A stretch of 45,460 nt of DNA. Source: Lachnospiraceae bacterium (GTDB taxonomy: Bacteria; Bacillota; Clostridia; Lachnospirales; Lachnospiraceae). Below the pieces are notes generated by a model that did not search any database, was not told where the DNA came from, and saw only the letters and a list, made by a program, of their open reading frames with translations. Of the stretch, positions 1 through 10,600 are shown in pieces (positions within the stretch are counted from its first letter, which is position 1; every line of letters starts with the position of its first letter). A program made the translations under genes and the position numbers. The stretch covers positions 1 through 45,460 of the forward strand of contig JAQXWO010000243.1 of NCBI GenBank assembly GCA_029225485.1, in the 5' to 3' direction.

Positions 1-469
1 CCTGATGAACAGCTACCAGACACGGAACGCCCTTGCCTGCCTGGTACTCACTTCTTACCGTGTGTCCCGGTCCCTTCGGAGCAATCATGGTAACGTCTAC
101 ATAAGAAGGCGGTACGATGCATCCGTAATGAATGTTGAAACCGTGAGCGAACATCAGCATGTTGCCCTCTTCCAGGTTCGGCTCGATGTCTTTCTTGTAA
201 AGCTCTGCCTGCTTCTCATCATTGATCAGGATCATGATGATATCTGCCTTCTTTGCTGCTTCTGCTGCAGTGTATACTTCAAATCCCTGTGCCTCTGCCT
301 TTGCCCAGGATCTGCTGCCCTCATAAAGGCCGATGATCACATGGCATCCTGACTCTTTTGCATTCAGCGCATGTGCATGTCCCTGGCTGCCGTAACCGAT
401 AATCGCAATGGTCTTTCCTTCCAGTAATGAAAGGTTGCAGTCTTTCTGATAATAAATGTTTGCTGCCAT
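1..469 (-). CDS. ilvC: Ketol-acid reductoisomerase (5' part; runs off the window edge)
   Basis: Not in the ORF track. Manual translation from ATG at 469 gives [36 protein letters not shown]...FAHGFNIH...[15 protein letters not shown], with classic KARI motifs. Lies directly downstream of ilvN. Confidence 0.97.
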   Translation of the reverse strand, partial: MAANIYYQKDCNLSLLEGKTIAIIGYGSQGHAHALNAKESGCHVIIGLYEGSRSWAKAEAQGFEVYTAAEAAKKADIIMILINDEKQAELYKKDIEPNLEEGNMLMFAHGFNIHYGCIVPPSYVDVTMIAPKGPGHTVRSEYQAGKGVPCLVAVHQ

Positions 470-555
470 TTTTTCATCCTCACTTTTTCTTAATTTATCA
501 AAAAGGTATTTGAATATTGCCTTTTCTTCTGAATATCAATCGGAACCGATGCGGA

Positions 556-1053
556 TCACAGATAACGGACGTCATCTGATCCTCTGGACAATCCGGTAAT
601 ACCTGTGCGTGCAAGCTCCAGTATCTCATAACCGTCAAGCAGCTGAATAAACGCATCCAGCTTGGACTGTTGTCCTGTCAGCTCAATGATCAGTGAATCG
701 GAGCCCACATCGATAATACTGCCGCGGAATACGTTCACCATAGAGATCACAGACTGTCTGTCTTTCGCATCCACACGAACCTTCACCAGTACAAGCTCAC
801 GGCTGACACTTGTCTCCTCGCCGAGAATCTTGATATCCACTACATCGATCAGCTTCGCCAGCTGCTTTGTGATCTGATCCAGAATCATCTCATCCCCGGA
901 TGCGACTACTGTCATGCGGGAATATCTCGGATCAGCCGTCTCACCTACAGTAAGACTGTCAATATTATAACCGCGTCTGCTGAAAAGTCCGGCCACACGG
1001 CTCAATACACCGGAGGTGTTGTCCACCAGCAAAGATAACACTCTTTTTTTCAT
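556..1053 (-). CDS. ilvN: Acetolactate synthase small (regulatory, ACT) subunit
   Basis: LSLLVDNTSGVLSRVAGLFSRRGYNIDSL ACT motif and C-terminal ELARTG; upstream of ilvC. Confidence 0.97.
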   Translation of the reverse strand: MKKRVLSLLVDNTSGVLSRVAGLFSRRGYNIDSLTVGETADPRYSRMTVVASGDEMILDQITKQLAKLIDVVDIKILGEETSVSRELVLVKVRVDAKDRQSVISMVNVFRGSIIDVGSDSLIIELTGQQSKLDAFIQLLDGYEILELARTGITGLSRGSDDVRYL

Positions 1054-1122
1054 ATCACATACCTCTGCTTCTTATCTTTACTCGTCATCTGTCTCCCATC
1101 ATCATCGACATTAACTTTCAAT

Positions 1123-1151
1123 ATTCTACCAACTATTAGATTCTTTGTCAA
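1123..1151 (-). promoter_or_regulatory. SigA-type promoter for ilvN-ilvC
   Basis: TTGACA (1146-1151), 17 nt spacer, TAGAAT (1123-1128) on the minus strand. Confidence 0.7.
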
Positions 1152-1158
1152 TCCTTTG

Positions 1159-2772
1159 TTAAAGTCCGAAATATGCCACTATGGTATCAGCAACTGCTTT
1201 TGCCATGGCTTTCCGGTGAGTCAGATAAAATTTCATATCATCTCTGTCATCAATAAACGCCGTCTCCAGCAGGCCATAGGAAACATTTTTCAGCTGGCAG
1301 GTCTTCGCATTCAGCAGTCCTGCGCTGGCAAAGACACCGCAGCCCCACACTTTAAATCCTGTCCCGGCCACCGCATTCACGATCCGGGCATCCAGTGAGT
1401 AGTCTTTCTTGGCTGAATTGATGTAAATACCCACTCCCTTGTAAGCTCCGTCTCCATTCAGATCCTTGAGCTGAGGTGCCGTTGCATTGAAATGGACCTC
1501 CAGCACATAATCATATGCTTCAAAATTGGGGCCCGGACCTTCTGCATATCCCGCCACCACTTTATAGCAGTCATAATCCTGATCATACATGGTCACAGAC
1601 ATTCTGGAGCTTCTGCCCTTCAGACTCTGATAGATCAGGGTCGCAAACTCTCTTGTATACCTGTATTCTTCATAGCTCTTCCCGCCTATGATACTGCTGG
1701 CGCCCACATCTCCCTGACCGTGTCCGGCGATCAGCAGGACAGAAACATCCACATCCGCCTTTCCGTCCGAGCCGATTTTCACGCCGTCAACGGTGGTATT
1801 GACCGCCATTTTTCCGTTGCTCTTAAAGTAATACTTTTTACCATCGATCCTCATCCAGCCGGTCTGGCGGACACCGCTCTCATCAAGATAATAAGTATTC
1901 GTTCCAATCTTCAGAAGACCGGTCTGACGGACGCCCTTTGCGTTAAAGTAATAATATTTGCCGCTGATCTTACGCCATCCGGTCAGGGCGACTCCATTCT
2001 TATAGTAATAATAATCCCCTTTCAGGGTGACCCAGCCGGACGCTTTCTTCGTCCTGACACCGTTTTTATTTACAATCCATCCATCGGGAGTCACCGTACT
2101 TTTCAGTCGCTTTCCATTTTGATCGACGTAATAGGAGCCGATCCATTTTCCGGTCTGAAGGATTCCCTTTTTACTGAAATAATACCAGGAGCCTCCGATC
2201 TTCTTCCAGCCTCCGGAATATGCTTTTCCGTAGCTGCCGGCTGTTCCGGTATCTGCAAAGTAATATTTATAACTCTTATAGGTCTGCCAGCCGGTCAGAG
2301 CATACCCGCTCCCGCTGAAGTAATATCTGGCGCCATCGATTATAGTCAGACCGCTCCGGGCACCGCCAATGATACCTATGTTTCCTGTCTCCTGAAAATA
2401 ATAGTATTTCCCCTTCAGCTTCAGCCAGCCGGTCTGCATGATCCCTTTTTTCGAAAAATAATACCGTTTTGTACCGATCTTCAGGAACCCAGTCACCATA
2501 CTTCCTGCCGGGTAATCTCCCTCAGCCGTTTTCCGAAAATAATAATAGTTTTTCTGGATCCTCACCCAGCCGGTACACAGTCTGCCCCGTGAGCTATAGT
2601 AATAACTGTGATCCCCCTCGGTATACCATCCGGGCGTACCTGTCACACTGACCGCCTGATCAGCGGACTCTGTTTCCCCCTCCGTCTCAGACGCAGCCGC
2701 AGTCTGTGTCCAGAGAAGAAGGCCTGCCATAATACAGGCAGCAATCAACCAGCAACGTATCAACTTCCTCAT
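1159..2772 (-). CDS. Secreted N-acetylmuramoyl-L-alanine amidase (Amidase_3) with cell-wall/choline-binding-type repeats
   Basis: Signal peptide; many TGW..I.GK.YYF repeats; C-terminal LIAGHG...E...EVHFNA...LLETAFI zinc-amidase motifs. Confidence 0.9.
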   Translation of the reverse strand: MRKLIRCWLIAACIMAGLLLWTQTAAASETEGETESADQAVSVTGTPGWYTEGDHSYYYSSRGRLCTGWVRIQKNYYYFRKTAEGDYPAGSMVTGFLKIGTKRYYFSKKGIMQTGWLKLKGKYYYFQETGNIGIIGGARSGLTIIDGARYYFSGSGYALTGWQTYKSYKYYFADTGTAGSYGKAYSGGWKKIGGSWYYFSKKGILQTGKWIGSYYVDQNGKRLKSTVTPDGWIVNKNGVRTKKASGWVTLKGDYYYYKNGVALTGWRKISGKYYYFNAKGVRQTGLLKIGTNTYYLDESGVRQTGWMRIDGKKYYFKSNGKMAVNTTVDGVKIGSDGKADVDVSVLLIAGHGQGDVGASSIIGGKSYEEYRYTREFATLIYQSLKGRSSRMSVTMYDQDYDCYKVVAGYAEGPGPNFEAYDYVLEVHFNATAPQLKDLNGDGAYKGVGIYINSAKKDYSLDARIVNAVAGTGFKVWGCGVFASAGLLNAKTCQLKNVSYGLLETAFIDDRDDMKFYLTHRKAMAKAVADTIVAYFGL

Positions 2773-2934
2773 AATTACAATTCCCCCGTTTTTTACTGAA
2801 ATCTCAGTTGTCCAAAGCCTTTTTTGTGAAATGATATCTGGCTCTGTACCGTTACAGATTACAAATTTTGGTTACCACTTTATCACAAACCGGCGGAATA
2901 TTCAAGTTTTCAGGCCAGAATTCACAAAGAAAAC

Positions 2935-3065
2935 GTTACTGTTCACTCCGTTCCGGTAATGCGCAAAAATCCATGCAAAATTTGCTTCGCAAATGGATTT
3001 TTGCTGTCAAAACTCGGGATTTTCTTACGAAAACCCTCGCGGGACAATGAAATCTGTACAGTAAC
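2935..3065. repeat. Dispersed palindromic repeat, long copy (GTTACTGTTCA...TGTACAGTAAC)
   Basis: 11-bp terminal inverted repeat with 1 mismatch. Internal hairpin GCAAAAATCCAT...ATGGATTTTTGC. The 3' core matches copies at 29232 and 35954. Confidence 0.8.
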
Positions 3066-3103
3066 AAAAAAACAGCCTCCGGCAGATAGAACTGCAGGGG
3101 CTG
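3066..3103 (-). terminator. Probable intrinsic terminator of the CBS gene
   Basis: Imperfect CAGCC...GGCTG stem next to an A-run (U-tract on the minus strand). Confidence 0.5.
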
Positions 3104-3166
3104 CATTTCATATTAAAAAGCTATAACAAAAACTCAGTCTGATATTTCACTTACGAGGGTGCAGAA

Positions 3167-3628
3167 TCACATGGTCTCCATCATACGGATCTGATCTTCC
3201 ATCTCCATATGTTCAAACCGCTCATACTTTTTATATCGTCTGTAGCAATACTCAATGATGCTCTTTCTGGTCACGATCCCAATAAAAATACCATTGTCAT
3301 CGATCACCGGGACAAAATTCTGATTCATGGAAGTCATCACCAGATCCTCGATATTGCAGTTTACATTGACCGGCTGATTATCCCTCTTCCTCTGCATATG
3401 TCTCAGCTGTATATTTTCAGCATCCTGAATGTTCATGGTCTGTCTCTTTTTCAGCTCCCAGAGGATATCTCCCTCTGTCAGAGTACCGAAATAGCGCCCG
3501 TCACGGGTAATAATCGGTACTGCGCTGTATTTATGATACTCCATCTTTTCAAGCGCCTGACGCATTGAATAATCATCAAAAAGATACATCACTTCACTTT
3601 TGGGAACCAGATAAAATAATATATTCAT
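3167..3628 (-). CDS. CBS-domain-pair protein (YkuL/DarB-like)
   Basis: Tandem CBS motifs (YSAVPII...YFGTLTEGDIL; FVPVIDDNGIFIGIVTRKSII). Confidence 0.85.
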   Translation of the reverse strand: MNILFYLVPKSEVMYLFDDYSMRQALEKMEYHKYSAVPIITRDGRYFGTLTEGDILWELKKRQTMNIQDAENIQLRHMQRKRDNQPVNVNCNIEDLVMTSMNQNFVPVIDDNGIFIGIVTRKSIIEYCYRRYKKYERFEHMEMEDQIRMMETM

Positions 3629-3904
3629 ATACTTTCCTTTCTCTTATGCAGTATAAGTACTCTGTCCTGAAACGCACGGAAGCCGCTCCTGAATACGGCC
3701 TTTTCTTATTCTTGTTTTATCATACCATACAACACCTGTTTTTTCAACAAATCATACAATCTTTTACTTTTTCTTAAGTTCTTTTTATACTTTTTTCACA
3801 TTTATACAGTCCCATATTTTCATCCATCGATTGACATCCTGTGTAAATTGATGGTATGATATATTCATTCTCAACAGTAATAAATAAAAACGGGAGGAAA
3901 ATTT

Positions 3905-4468
3905 ATGGAATCAGAAATCTCAACAATGCTGGATTATAACCGTAAATTTGTCGCAGAAAAGCAGTATGAAAAGTACAGTACCGGAAAATACCCGAACAAA
4001 AAAATTGCAATCCTTACCTGTATGGATACCCGTCTGGTAGAGCTTCTTCCGGCGGCTCTCGGTATTAAAAACGGAGATGTGAAGATCATTAAAAATGCCG
4101 GAGGCGTCATTTCCAGTCCTTTCGGAAGTGTGATCCGCAGCCTTCTGGTAGCGATCATCGAACTGGGAGTCAATGAAATTATGGTGATCGGTCATACCGA
4201 CTGCGGTGTTCAGCATATTGACAGCGATATGATGATCGAACATATGAAAGCCCGCGGTATTACGGAAGAATCGATCAATATGATCAAATACTGCGGCGTT
4301 GACTTTGAGAAATGGCTTGCAGGCTTTGACTCTGTGGAAGACTCTGTACGTGAAAATGTAGATTTAATCCGACATCATCCATTGATTCCGAAGGATGTGC
4401 AGGTGGGCGGTTACGTGATCAACACACACACCGGTGAGCTCACCAAAATAGTCGATTCCAGACGGTAA
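3905..4468 (+). CDS. Beta-class carbonic anhydrase
   Basis: CMDTR and HTDCG zinc-binding motifs; GGGAGG RBS; upstream TTGACA...TATGAT promoter. Confidence 0.95.
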   Translation: MESEISTMLDYNRKFVAEKQYEKYSTGKYPNKKIAILTCMDTRLVELLPAALGIKNGDVKIIKNAGGVISSPFGSVIRSLLVAIIELGVNEIMVIGHTDCGVQHIDSDMMIEHMKARGITEESINMIKYCGVDFEKWLAGFDSVEDSVRENVDLIRHHPLIPKDVQVGGYVINTHTGELTKIVDSRR

Positions 4469-4502
4469 ACACAAAATGAGCAGGCATCAGCACCTGCTCT
4501 TC

Positions 4503-4739
4503 TCATTTTATCACCATGTATTTTGCTTCCGTATTCTGTTCCCGGAACAATCTCCAGATACCTCCAAGCAGCCCCGGGAAATAGCCTCCTGCCAGAGATA
4601 TGATGACTGCTGTCATCCATCCGCTGTGATATGCTCCTGTCATATCTCCCAGCCATGCTGCCCCGGCAGCAATCACCCCAAACAAGAACGTCCAGAATAT
4701 CATTCTTTTTAAAAGAAACTTTTTCTGATACTGTGTCAT
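4503..4739 (-). CDS. Hypothetical small membrane protein (2 TM)
   Basis: 78 aa with two hydrophobic segments and a GAGG RBS; no family recognised. Confidence 0.45.
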   Translation of the reverse strand: MTQYQKKFLLKRMIFWTFLFGVIAAGAAWLGDMTGAYHSGWMTAVIISLAGGYFPGLLGGIWRLFREQNTEAKYMVIK

Positions 4740-4863
4740 CCTCTCGCCTCATTTCCTGTTATATTTCACATGTAACATACCACTATGCCGTAAAATCCAT
4801 TGATATGTTATGTAAAATACCAGTAAATTTTTTGAAAGGTGGTGTATCTTTTCTATATATGGT

Positions 4864-5052
4864 TTATAATTGAATCAATCGATAGTTCTTTATTTCAATT
4901 GCAAAATCGTCCTGAAAAAATCCTTTTTTCTTTTTCTTCCCTATAAATCTGTGTAATTCCTCCTCTGAGCAAAACCACGCACTGTAGGAATGTCTCAATC
5001 CATCAGCTCCTGTATCCGTATAACACAGCAAAAATCTTTTATCCAGTTTCAT
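4864..5052 (-). CDS. Hypothetical small protein (62 aa)
   Basis: AGGAGG RBS before ATG at 5052 (MKLDKRFLLCYTD...). Confidence 0.55.
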   Translation of the reverse strand: MKLDKRFLLCYTDTGADGLRHSYSAWFCSEEELHRFIGKKKKKGFFQDDFAIEIKNYRLIQL

Positions 5053-5112
5053 CCTTTGTCCTCCTGCTTCTGATACACCGCCTTCCAAATACGCGACTGC
5101 TTCTTTTCAGGC

Positions 5113-5151
5113 AAAAAGCCCTGACCTGCACATTACTGTGTAGTCAGGGCC
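5113..5151 (-). terminator. Intrinsic terminator after nfnB/gltA
   Basis: GCCCTGAC..GCACA / TGTGT..GTCAGGGC stem plus a 6-nt U tract on the minus strand. Confidence 0.75.
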
Positions 5152-5195
5152 TGGTCTGCAAAGAATTTTTCTGCTGACTTTATGCTATGTTTATC

Positions 5196-6584
5196 TTATT
5201 TTGCACTCAGGAACTCATGAATGCCCTTGGCAGCTGCCTTGCCGGCACCCATCGCAAGAATCACGGTAGCAGCACCTGTCACCGCATCACCGCCGGCAAA
5301 TACGCCGTTTTTCGAAGTCTGACCTGTGGTCTCATCAGCGATGATACATTTCTTACGGTTGGTATCCAGACCGATCGTCGTAGAAGAGATCAGCGGATTC
5401 GGTGAAGTACCCAGAGACATGATCACTGTATCCAGCTCCAGTTCGAACTCAGAACCCGGAACCTCCACCGGACGTCTTCTTCCGGATGCATCCGGCTCAC
5501 CAAGCTCCATACGAACGCACTTCATTCCTCTCACGCTGTCGTTCTCATCCACAAGGATCTCCTTCGGATTGGTCAGAAGGTCAAAGATGATGCCTTCTTC
5601 CTTTGCGTGATGCACTTCTTCTGCACGGGCCGGAAGCTCTGCTTCACTTCTGCGATATACGATATGTACTTCTGCTCCGAGACGGAGTGCAGTACGCGCA
5701 GCATCCATAGCAACGTTTCCGCCGCCGACTACGGCTACCTTCTTGCCGTGTACGATCGGTGTATCGTAATCCTCGCGGAATGCCTTCATCAGGTTATTTC
5801 TGGTCAGGTACTCATTGGCTGAGAATACGCCCTTGGCTGTCTCACCCGGAATACCCATGAACATCGGAAGACCTGCACCTGAACCGATAAATACTGCTTC
5901 AAAACCTTCCTCATCCATCAGCTCGTCGATCGTAACAGATTTGCCGATGATAACATTTGTCTCGATCTTTACGCCGAGAGACTTCACATTCTCTACTTCC
6001 TTTGCCACAACGTCCAGCTTCGGAAGACGGAACTCCGGAATACCGTAAACAAGCACTCCGCCTGCCTCATGCAACGCCTCGAAGATCGTAACATCGTAGC
6101 CAAGCTTAGCCAGATCGCCTGCACAGGTCAGGCCGGAAGGACCGGATCCGATCACTGCGACCTTACGGCCGTTCTTCTGCTCCGGAGCAGCCGGTTTGAT
6201 TCCGTTCTCTCTTGCCCAGTCAGCAACGAAACGCTCCAGCTTACCAATGGAAACAGCCTCACCCTTGATACCGCGGATGCACTTGCCTTCACACTGGCTC
6301 TCCTGCGGACATACACGGCCGCAGATAGCCGGAAGTGCGCTGGACTGAGAGATCACCTGATATGCTTTCTCAAAGTTGCCTTCCTTTACTTCTCCGATGA
6401 AATCCGGGATATTGATATTTACCGGACATCCCTGTACACACTTTGCATTCTTGCAGTGCAGGCAGCGGGCTGCCTCTTCCATTGCTTCTTCTTTATTGTA
6501 TCCGAGACATACCTCGTCAAAATTCGTAGCTCTTACCTTCGGCTCCTGCTCTCTGACAGGAACTTTCTTCAATACGTCTGCCAT
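5196..6584 (-). CDS. gltA: NADPH-dependent GltD-like flavoprotein (NfnB/SudA large subunit; often annotated homotetrameric glutamate synthase)
   Basis: CLHCKNAKCVQGCP and CGRVCPQESQCE Fe-S motifs, GSGPSG FAD-binding and GGGNVAMDAAR NADPH-binding motifs; coupled to an NfnA-like gene (TAATG overlap at 6584). Confidence 0.9.
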   Translation of the reverse strand: MADVLKKVPVREQEPKVRATNFDEVCLGYNKEEAMEEAARCLHCKNAKCVQGCPVNINIPDFIGEVKEGNFEKAYQVISQSSALPAICGRVCPQESQCEGKCIRGIKGEAVSIGKLERFVADWARENGIKPAAPEQKNGRKVAVIGSGPSGLTCAGDLAKLGYDVTIFEALHEAGGVLVYGIPEFRLPKLDVVAKEVENVKSLGVKIETNVIIGKSVTIDELMDEEGFEAVFIGSGAGLPMFMGIPGETAKGVFSANEYLTRNNLMKAFREDYDTPIVHGKKVAVVGGGNVAMDAARTALRLGAEVHIVYRRSEAELPARAEEVHHAKEEGIIFDLLTNPKEILVDENDSVRGMKCVRMELGEPDASGRRRPVEVPGSEFELELDTVIMSLGTSPNPLISSTTIGLDTNRKKCIIADETTGQTSKNGVFAGGDAVTGAATVILAMGAGKAAAKGIHEFLSAK

Positions 6585-7477
6585 TATTTGTCACCTCCGC
6601 AATTTCCGCATCCGCCGTGATGTGTGTCACCCTCACGCAGCTTCAGCAGTGCTCTGCCTTCTTCTGTCTTGTACAGGGCCTGTCTCTTCATTGCAGCATC
6701 AAAGTCGATCTTGTGTCCGTCAAACTCCGGTCCGTCCACACATGCGAACTTCACTTCATCTCCAACGATCACACGGCATGCTCCGCACATACCGGTACCG
6801 TCTACCATGATCGGGTTCATGCTGACAACTGTCTTCAGGTTATATTTCTTGGTCGTCAGGCAGCAGAACTTCATCATGATCATCGGTCCGATGGCAACAC
6901 AGTGATCGTATGTCTTGCCTTCATTTGTGATCAGGTCATCGATCACCTTGGTAACCATACCGCTTCTGCCGTAGGAACCGTCATCTGTAGTAATGTAAAG
7001 ATTTCCCACTACTGCTTTGAATTTGTCCTCCATGATCACGAGATCCTTGGTCTTGGCACCGATGATCACATCCGCGTCGATCCCGTGCTCATGCAGCCAC
7101 TTTACCTGAGGATATACAGGCGCAGTACCTACGCCGCCGGCAACAAAAAGGATCTTTTTATTTTTAACTTCTTCCAGATTCTCCTCCATGCAAAGGTCAG
7201 ACGGACATCCAAGAGGTCCTACGAAATCGCGGAAGGAATCTCCTGCCTGGAGTCTGGTAAACTTCTCTGTGGACGCTCCGATCGGCTGGAATACAATTGT
7301 GATCGTACCTGCCTCACGGTCATAATCGCAGATTGTAAGCGGAATACGCTCACCTACTTCATCTGCCTTCACAATGATAAACTGTCCCGGCAGACAGCGC
7401 TTTGCAACACGCGGTGCTTCTACAACCATCTCGTAGATGTTGCCTGCAAGCTTTCCTGCTTTTAAAATCTTATACAT
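6584..7477 (-). CDS. Ferredoxin-NADP reductase-like subunit (NfnA/SudB, PyrK family)
   Basis: PGQF, ERIPLTI, GGVGTAP and MVDGTGMCGACRV...FACVDGPEF [2Fe-2S] motif. Confidence 0.92.
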   Translation of the reverse strand: MYKILKAGKLAGNIYEMVVEAPRVAKRCLPGQFIIVKADEVGERIPLTICDYDREAGTITIVFQPIGASTEKFTRLQAGDSFRDFVGPLGCPSDLCMEENLEEVKNKKILFVAGGVGTAPVYPQVKWLHEHGIDADVIIGAKTKDLVIMEDKFKAVVGNLYITTDDGSYGRSGMVTKVIDDLITNEGKTYDHCVAIGPMIMMKFCCLTTKKYNLKTVVSMNPIMVDGTGMCGACRVIVGDEVKFACVDGPEFDGHKIDFDAAMKRQALYKTEEGRALLKLREGDTHHGGCGNCGGDK

Positions 7478-7633
7478 ATTCTACCTCCATATTATTTTAC
7501 AGCAGGACAAAGCGCTCCGCTCTCTGCCCAGCCGCTTTAGTAACACAAGGAATATACCTCTATCATAGGTAAATTCTCATACGTTTTCAGTATAAAACAA
7601 TCTGCACAAAAATTCAACGACAAATTTTGATAA

Positions 7634-10600
7634 TTATAACTGTTCAAATTCATCCAGCGTCATCAGGATCTTTCTGGGCTTTGTGCCTTCCTCCGGCCCC
7701 ACGACCCCCGCCTCTGACAACTGATCCATGATACGGGCCGCCCGGTTGAATCCGATCTTGAATACTCTCTGCAGCATACCGATGGAAGCTTTGTCTTTCT
7801 CGATGATGAATTTTCCCGCCTCGTGAAACAGAGCGTCCACATCATCGGAACCTCTGGCGGAGGATACCGCCTGCTCAACCTTCGCGATCTGCTCTTCCAT
7901 CTCGCTGTCGTAGGCTTCTGCCATGTTCTGGTCTTTCAGGAAATCGACCACGTCTGCCACTTCTTCATCCGATACAAAGGCGCCCTGCACCCGGGCCGGC
8001 TTCTGATAACCCTGAGGGTAAAACAGCATATCACCCTTTCCAAGAAGCTTTTCAGCACCTCCCATGTCTATGATGGTTCTGGAATCCACACTGGAGGAGA
8101 CGGAAAAAGCGATCCTCGAGGGCATGTTGGCCTTGATCAGTCCGGTGATGACATTGACGGAAGGCCGCTGGGTAGCAATGATCAGATGGATGCCCGCCGC
8201 CCGGGCCAGCTGTGCCAGACGGCAGATGGAATCCTCCACCTCCCCCGGCGCCACCATCATCAGGTCTGCCAGCTCGTCCACGATGATGACGATCTGGGGC
8301 AGCTTCTTCGGTTTGTTCTCATCCTCGATGTCCGCCAGAGATTCTACTTTTTCATTGTAGCCTTTCAGATTCCGGACTCCCATCTCCGCAAACTTGTTGT
8401 AACGGTCAGTCATTTCAGCCACACCCCAGTTCAGCGCCCCTGCTGCCTTTTTCGGATCAGTCACCACGGGGATATACAGATGGGGAATCCCGTTATATAC
8501 GCTCAACTCCACCACCTTCGGGTCGATCATGATCAGCTTCACATCTTCCGGGCTGGCTTTATACAGAATACTCATGATCAGCGTGTTGATGCAGACGGAC
8601 TTACCGGAACCGGTAGCTCCGGCGATCAGCAGGTGAGGCATCCTGGCAATATCCGACACCACCACTTTGCCTGCGATATCCTTTCCGGTGGCGAAGGCCA
8701 GCTTCGAAGAATGTTTTTTGAACTCCTCAGACTCCAGAAGATCACGAAGCATCACGGCACTGTTTTCTGCGTTCGGTACTTCGATTCCCACCGCTGCCTT
8801 GCCGGGTATCGGAGCTTCAATACGGATATCTGCCGCCGCAAGGTTCAGTTTGATGTCATCTGCCAGACTGACAATACGGCTGACCTTCACTCCCTGTTCC
8901 GGCTGCAGCTCGTAGCGTGTCACTGCAGGACCGCAGCTCACATCCGTCACTGTCACACGGACTCCAAAGCTGTCCAATGTCTGCTGCAGCTTGGCTGCTG
9001 TTTTTCGTATCTCCTGCTCCTGGGAGCTGTTATTGCGTCCCTTTCCTTTTTTCAGAAGCTCCAGAGGCGGGAAAACGTATTCCCGTTTTACCACTTCCGC
9101 AGTTTTTGCCATTTCAGCTTCCACCGAGGCAATCCCGGCCTGAATTTCTTTCTGAGAAGATCTGGGATTCTTTTTGGGGGATGCCCCATGGGATTCCTTT
9201 TTGACCTCTTCCCCCTCATCCCCGGGACACTCCTGTGTATTCTCCGCAGCCGGCTTTTTCACCGGTTCAGAAAATACCGTTCCGGATGTGCCTCCACGAT
9301 TCAGATCCGTCTCGTCCGCCCAGATATCCGACCAGGAAGAAGATCCGGCAGATACTTTCCGTTCTTCCGGAGCCATCTGTGATCCCGGTGCATCCAGATC
9401 ATCCATAGTCTCCTGTACTTCAAGCTCCTCTGACTCTTCCAGGAGTTCTGGCTCTTCGATCAGTTCCGGTTCCTGATCCTCCGTCTCTTCCGGATAATCT
9501 TCGAACTGTTCATCTGCCATTTCTTCTATACCGGCATCATCCTGATGAGAAAATACTGTTTCCGGCTCCTCAGATGTCTCTGGATCATCAGAAAGTCCCC
9601 GGATATGAACTTCCGGATACTCTGCCGTCTTCTCATCCTGATTGTCTGCGGGTGATTCTGTCCTGTCAGGCTTTTTCCGGGACTCCTGACGATCCAGACT
9701 GATATAGCATGTATCACTGTCATTCCCCGGGAAAGCAGATACACTTGCTCTTGTCCCGGTCTTTTTCCTGGTTCTGTTCTTTTTCTCCGGTGCAGATGAT
9801 GGTTCATACAGCTCCTCAATGGTAGTATCCATCGTCATACCGGTCACACGGTGATCCATTCTCCTCTCTCTGGGAGTGGATGGAAAAATCACCGGTACCT
9901 CAAGACTGGTCCTGACCTCCGGTGCTCCCTGCATACTCCCCGCGGAAATCGTTTCCCGCTCTCCATCTGCAGATTTTTTCGATCTGCCGGCACGGGGCTT
10001 TCTGGTCCATTCCTGCGTCTCCATCCGGGCATACTGGGGAAGCACCACCTGTACATCCTCCGGAAGTCCGGACTGGGGATCTGCCCGAAGTATTTCCTCC
10101 TGCCGGATCCTGCGCGCCTCTTCTTCCTGCTGTCTTCTCTCCTGCAGAATCCTGCGCTCCTCTTCCTCCTGCTGTCTTCTCTCCTGCCGGAGCTGCTCCC
10201 GGTGCATCCGTTCCTGCTGTCTGATTTCTTTTTTTTCCGCTCTTTTTTCTTTTGATACCTGTGCGCCGCGGCGAACCCTCTCTCCCTGATGCTTCATACC
10301 GGCAAACAGTGATTTCTGCGTCAGGATCACCAGACATACGATTACCAGAATGAAGATCACTATCCCTGCTCCCACACTTCCAAGAGCCGGACAGAATAAA
10401 GAGCAGACCGCACCGCCCACTGCACCGCCGCCGGTTTTCAGTGCGGCACTGTCAGAATACAGCTTGTCGATCCGGATCTCCGGCTGATATCCATTGACCA
10501 TAAGCTCCATCAGACTGCACAGGCAAAGATACAACCCTGCCGATGAAGCAAGTTTGAATCCCACAATGTGGTTCCCCTTATTGGAAATCAAAAAAGCTGC

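Noticed and set aside
1780-2640. Regularly spaced repeats in the amidase gene
   Set aside because: These are degenerate in-frame cell-wall-binding repeats, not a CRISPR array or a DGR template.
2845-2880. GTAAC/GTAAT words upstream of the amidase as a WalR-type box
   Set aside because: Spacing does not fit TGTWAH-N5-TGTWAH; too weak to call.
7823-9382. 519-aa plus-strand ORF, and similar long antisense ORFs (1492-2592, 26085-27161, 37973-38917, 40146-41261)
   Set aside because: Each lies fully antisense to a well-conserved gene, has no recognisable motifs or RBS, and is explained by codon bias that depletes stop codons in the antisense frame.
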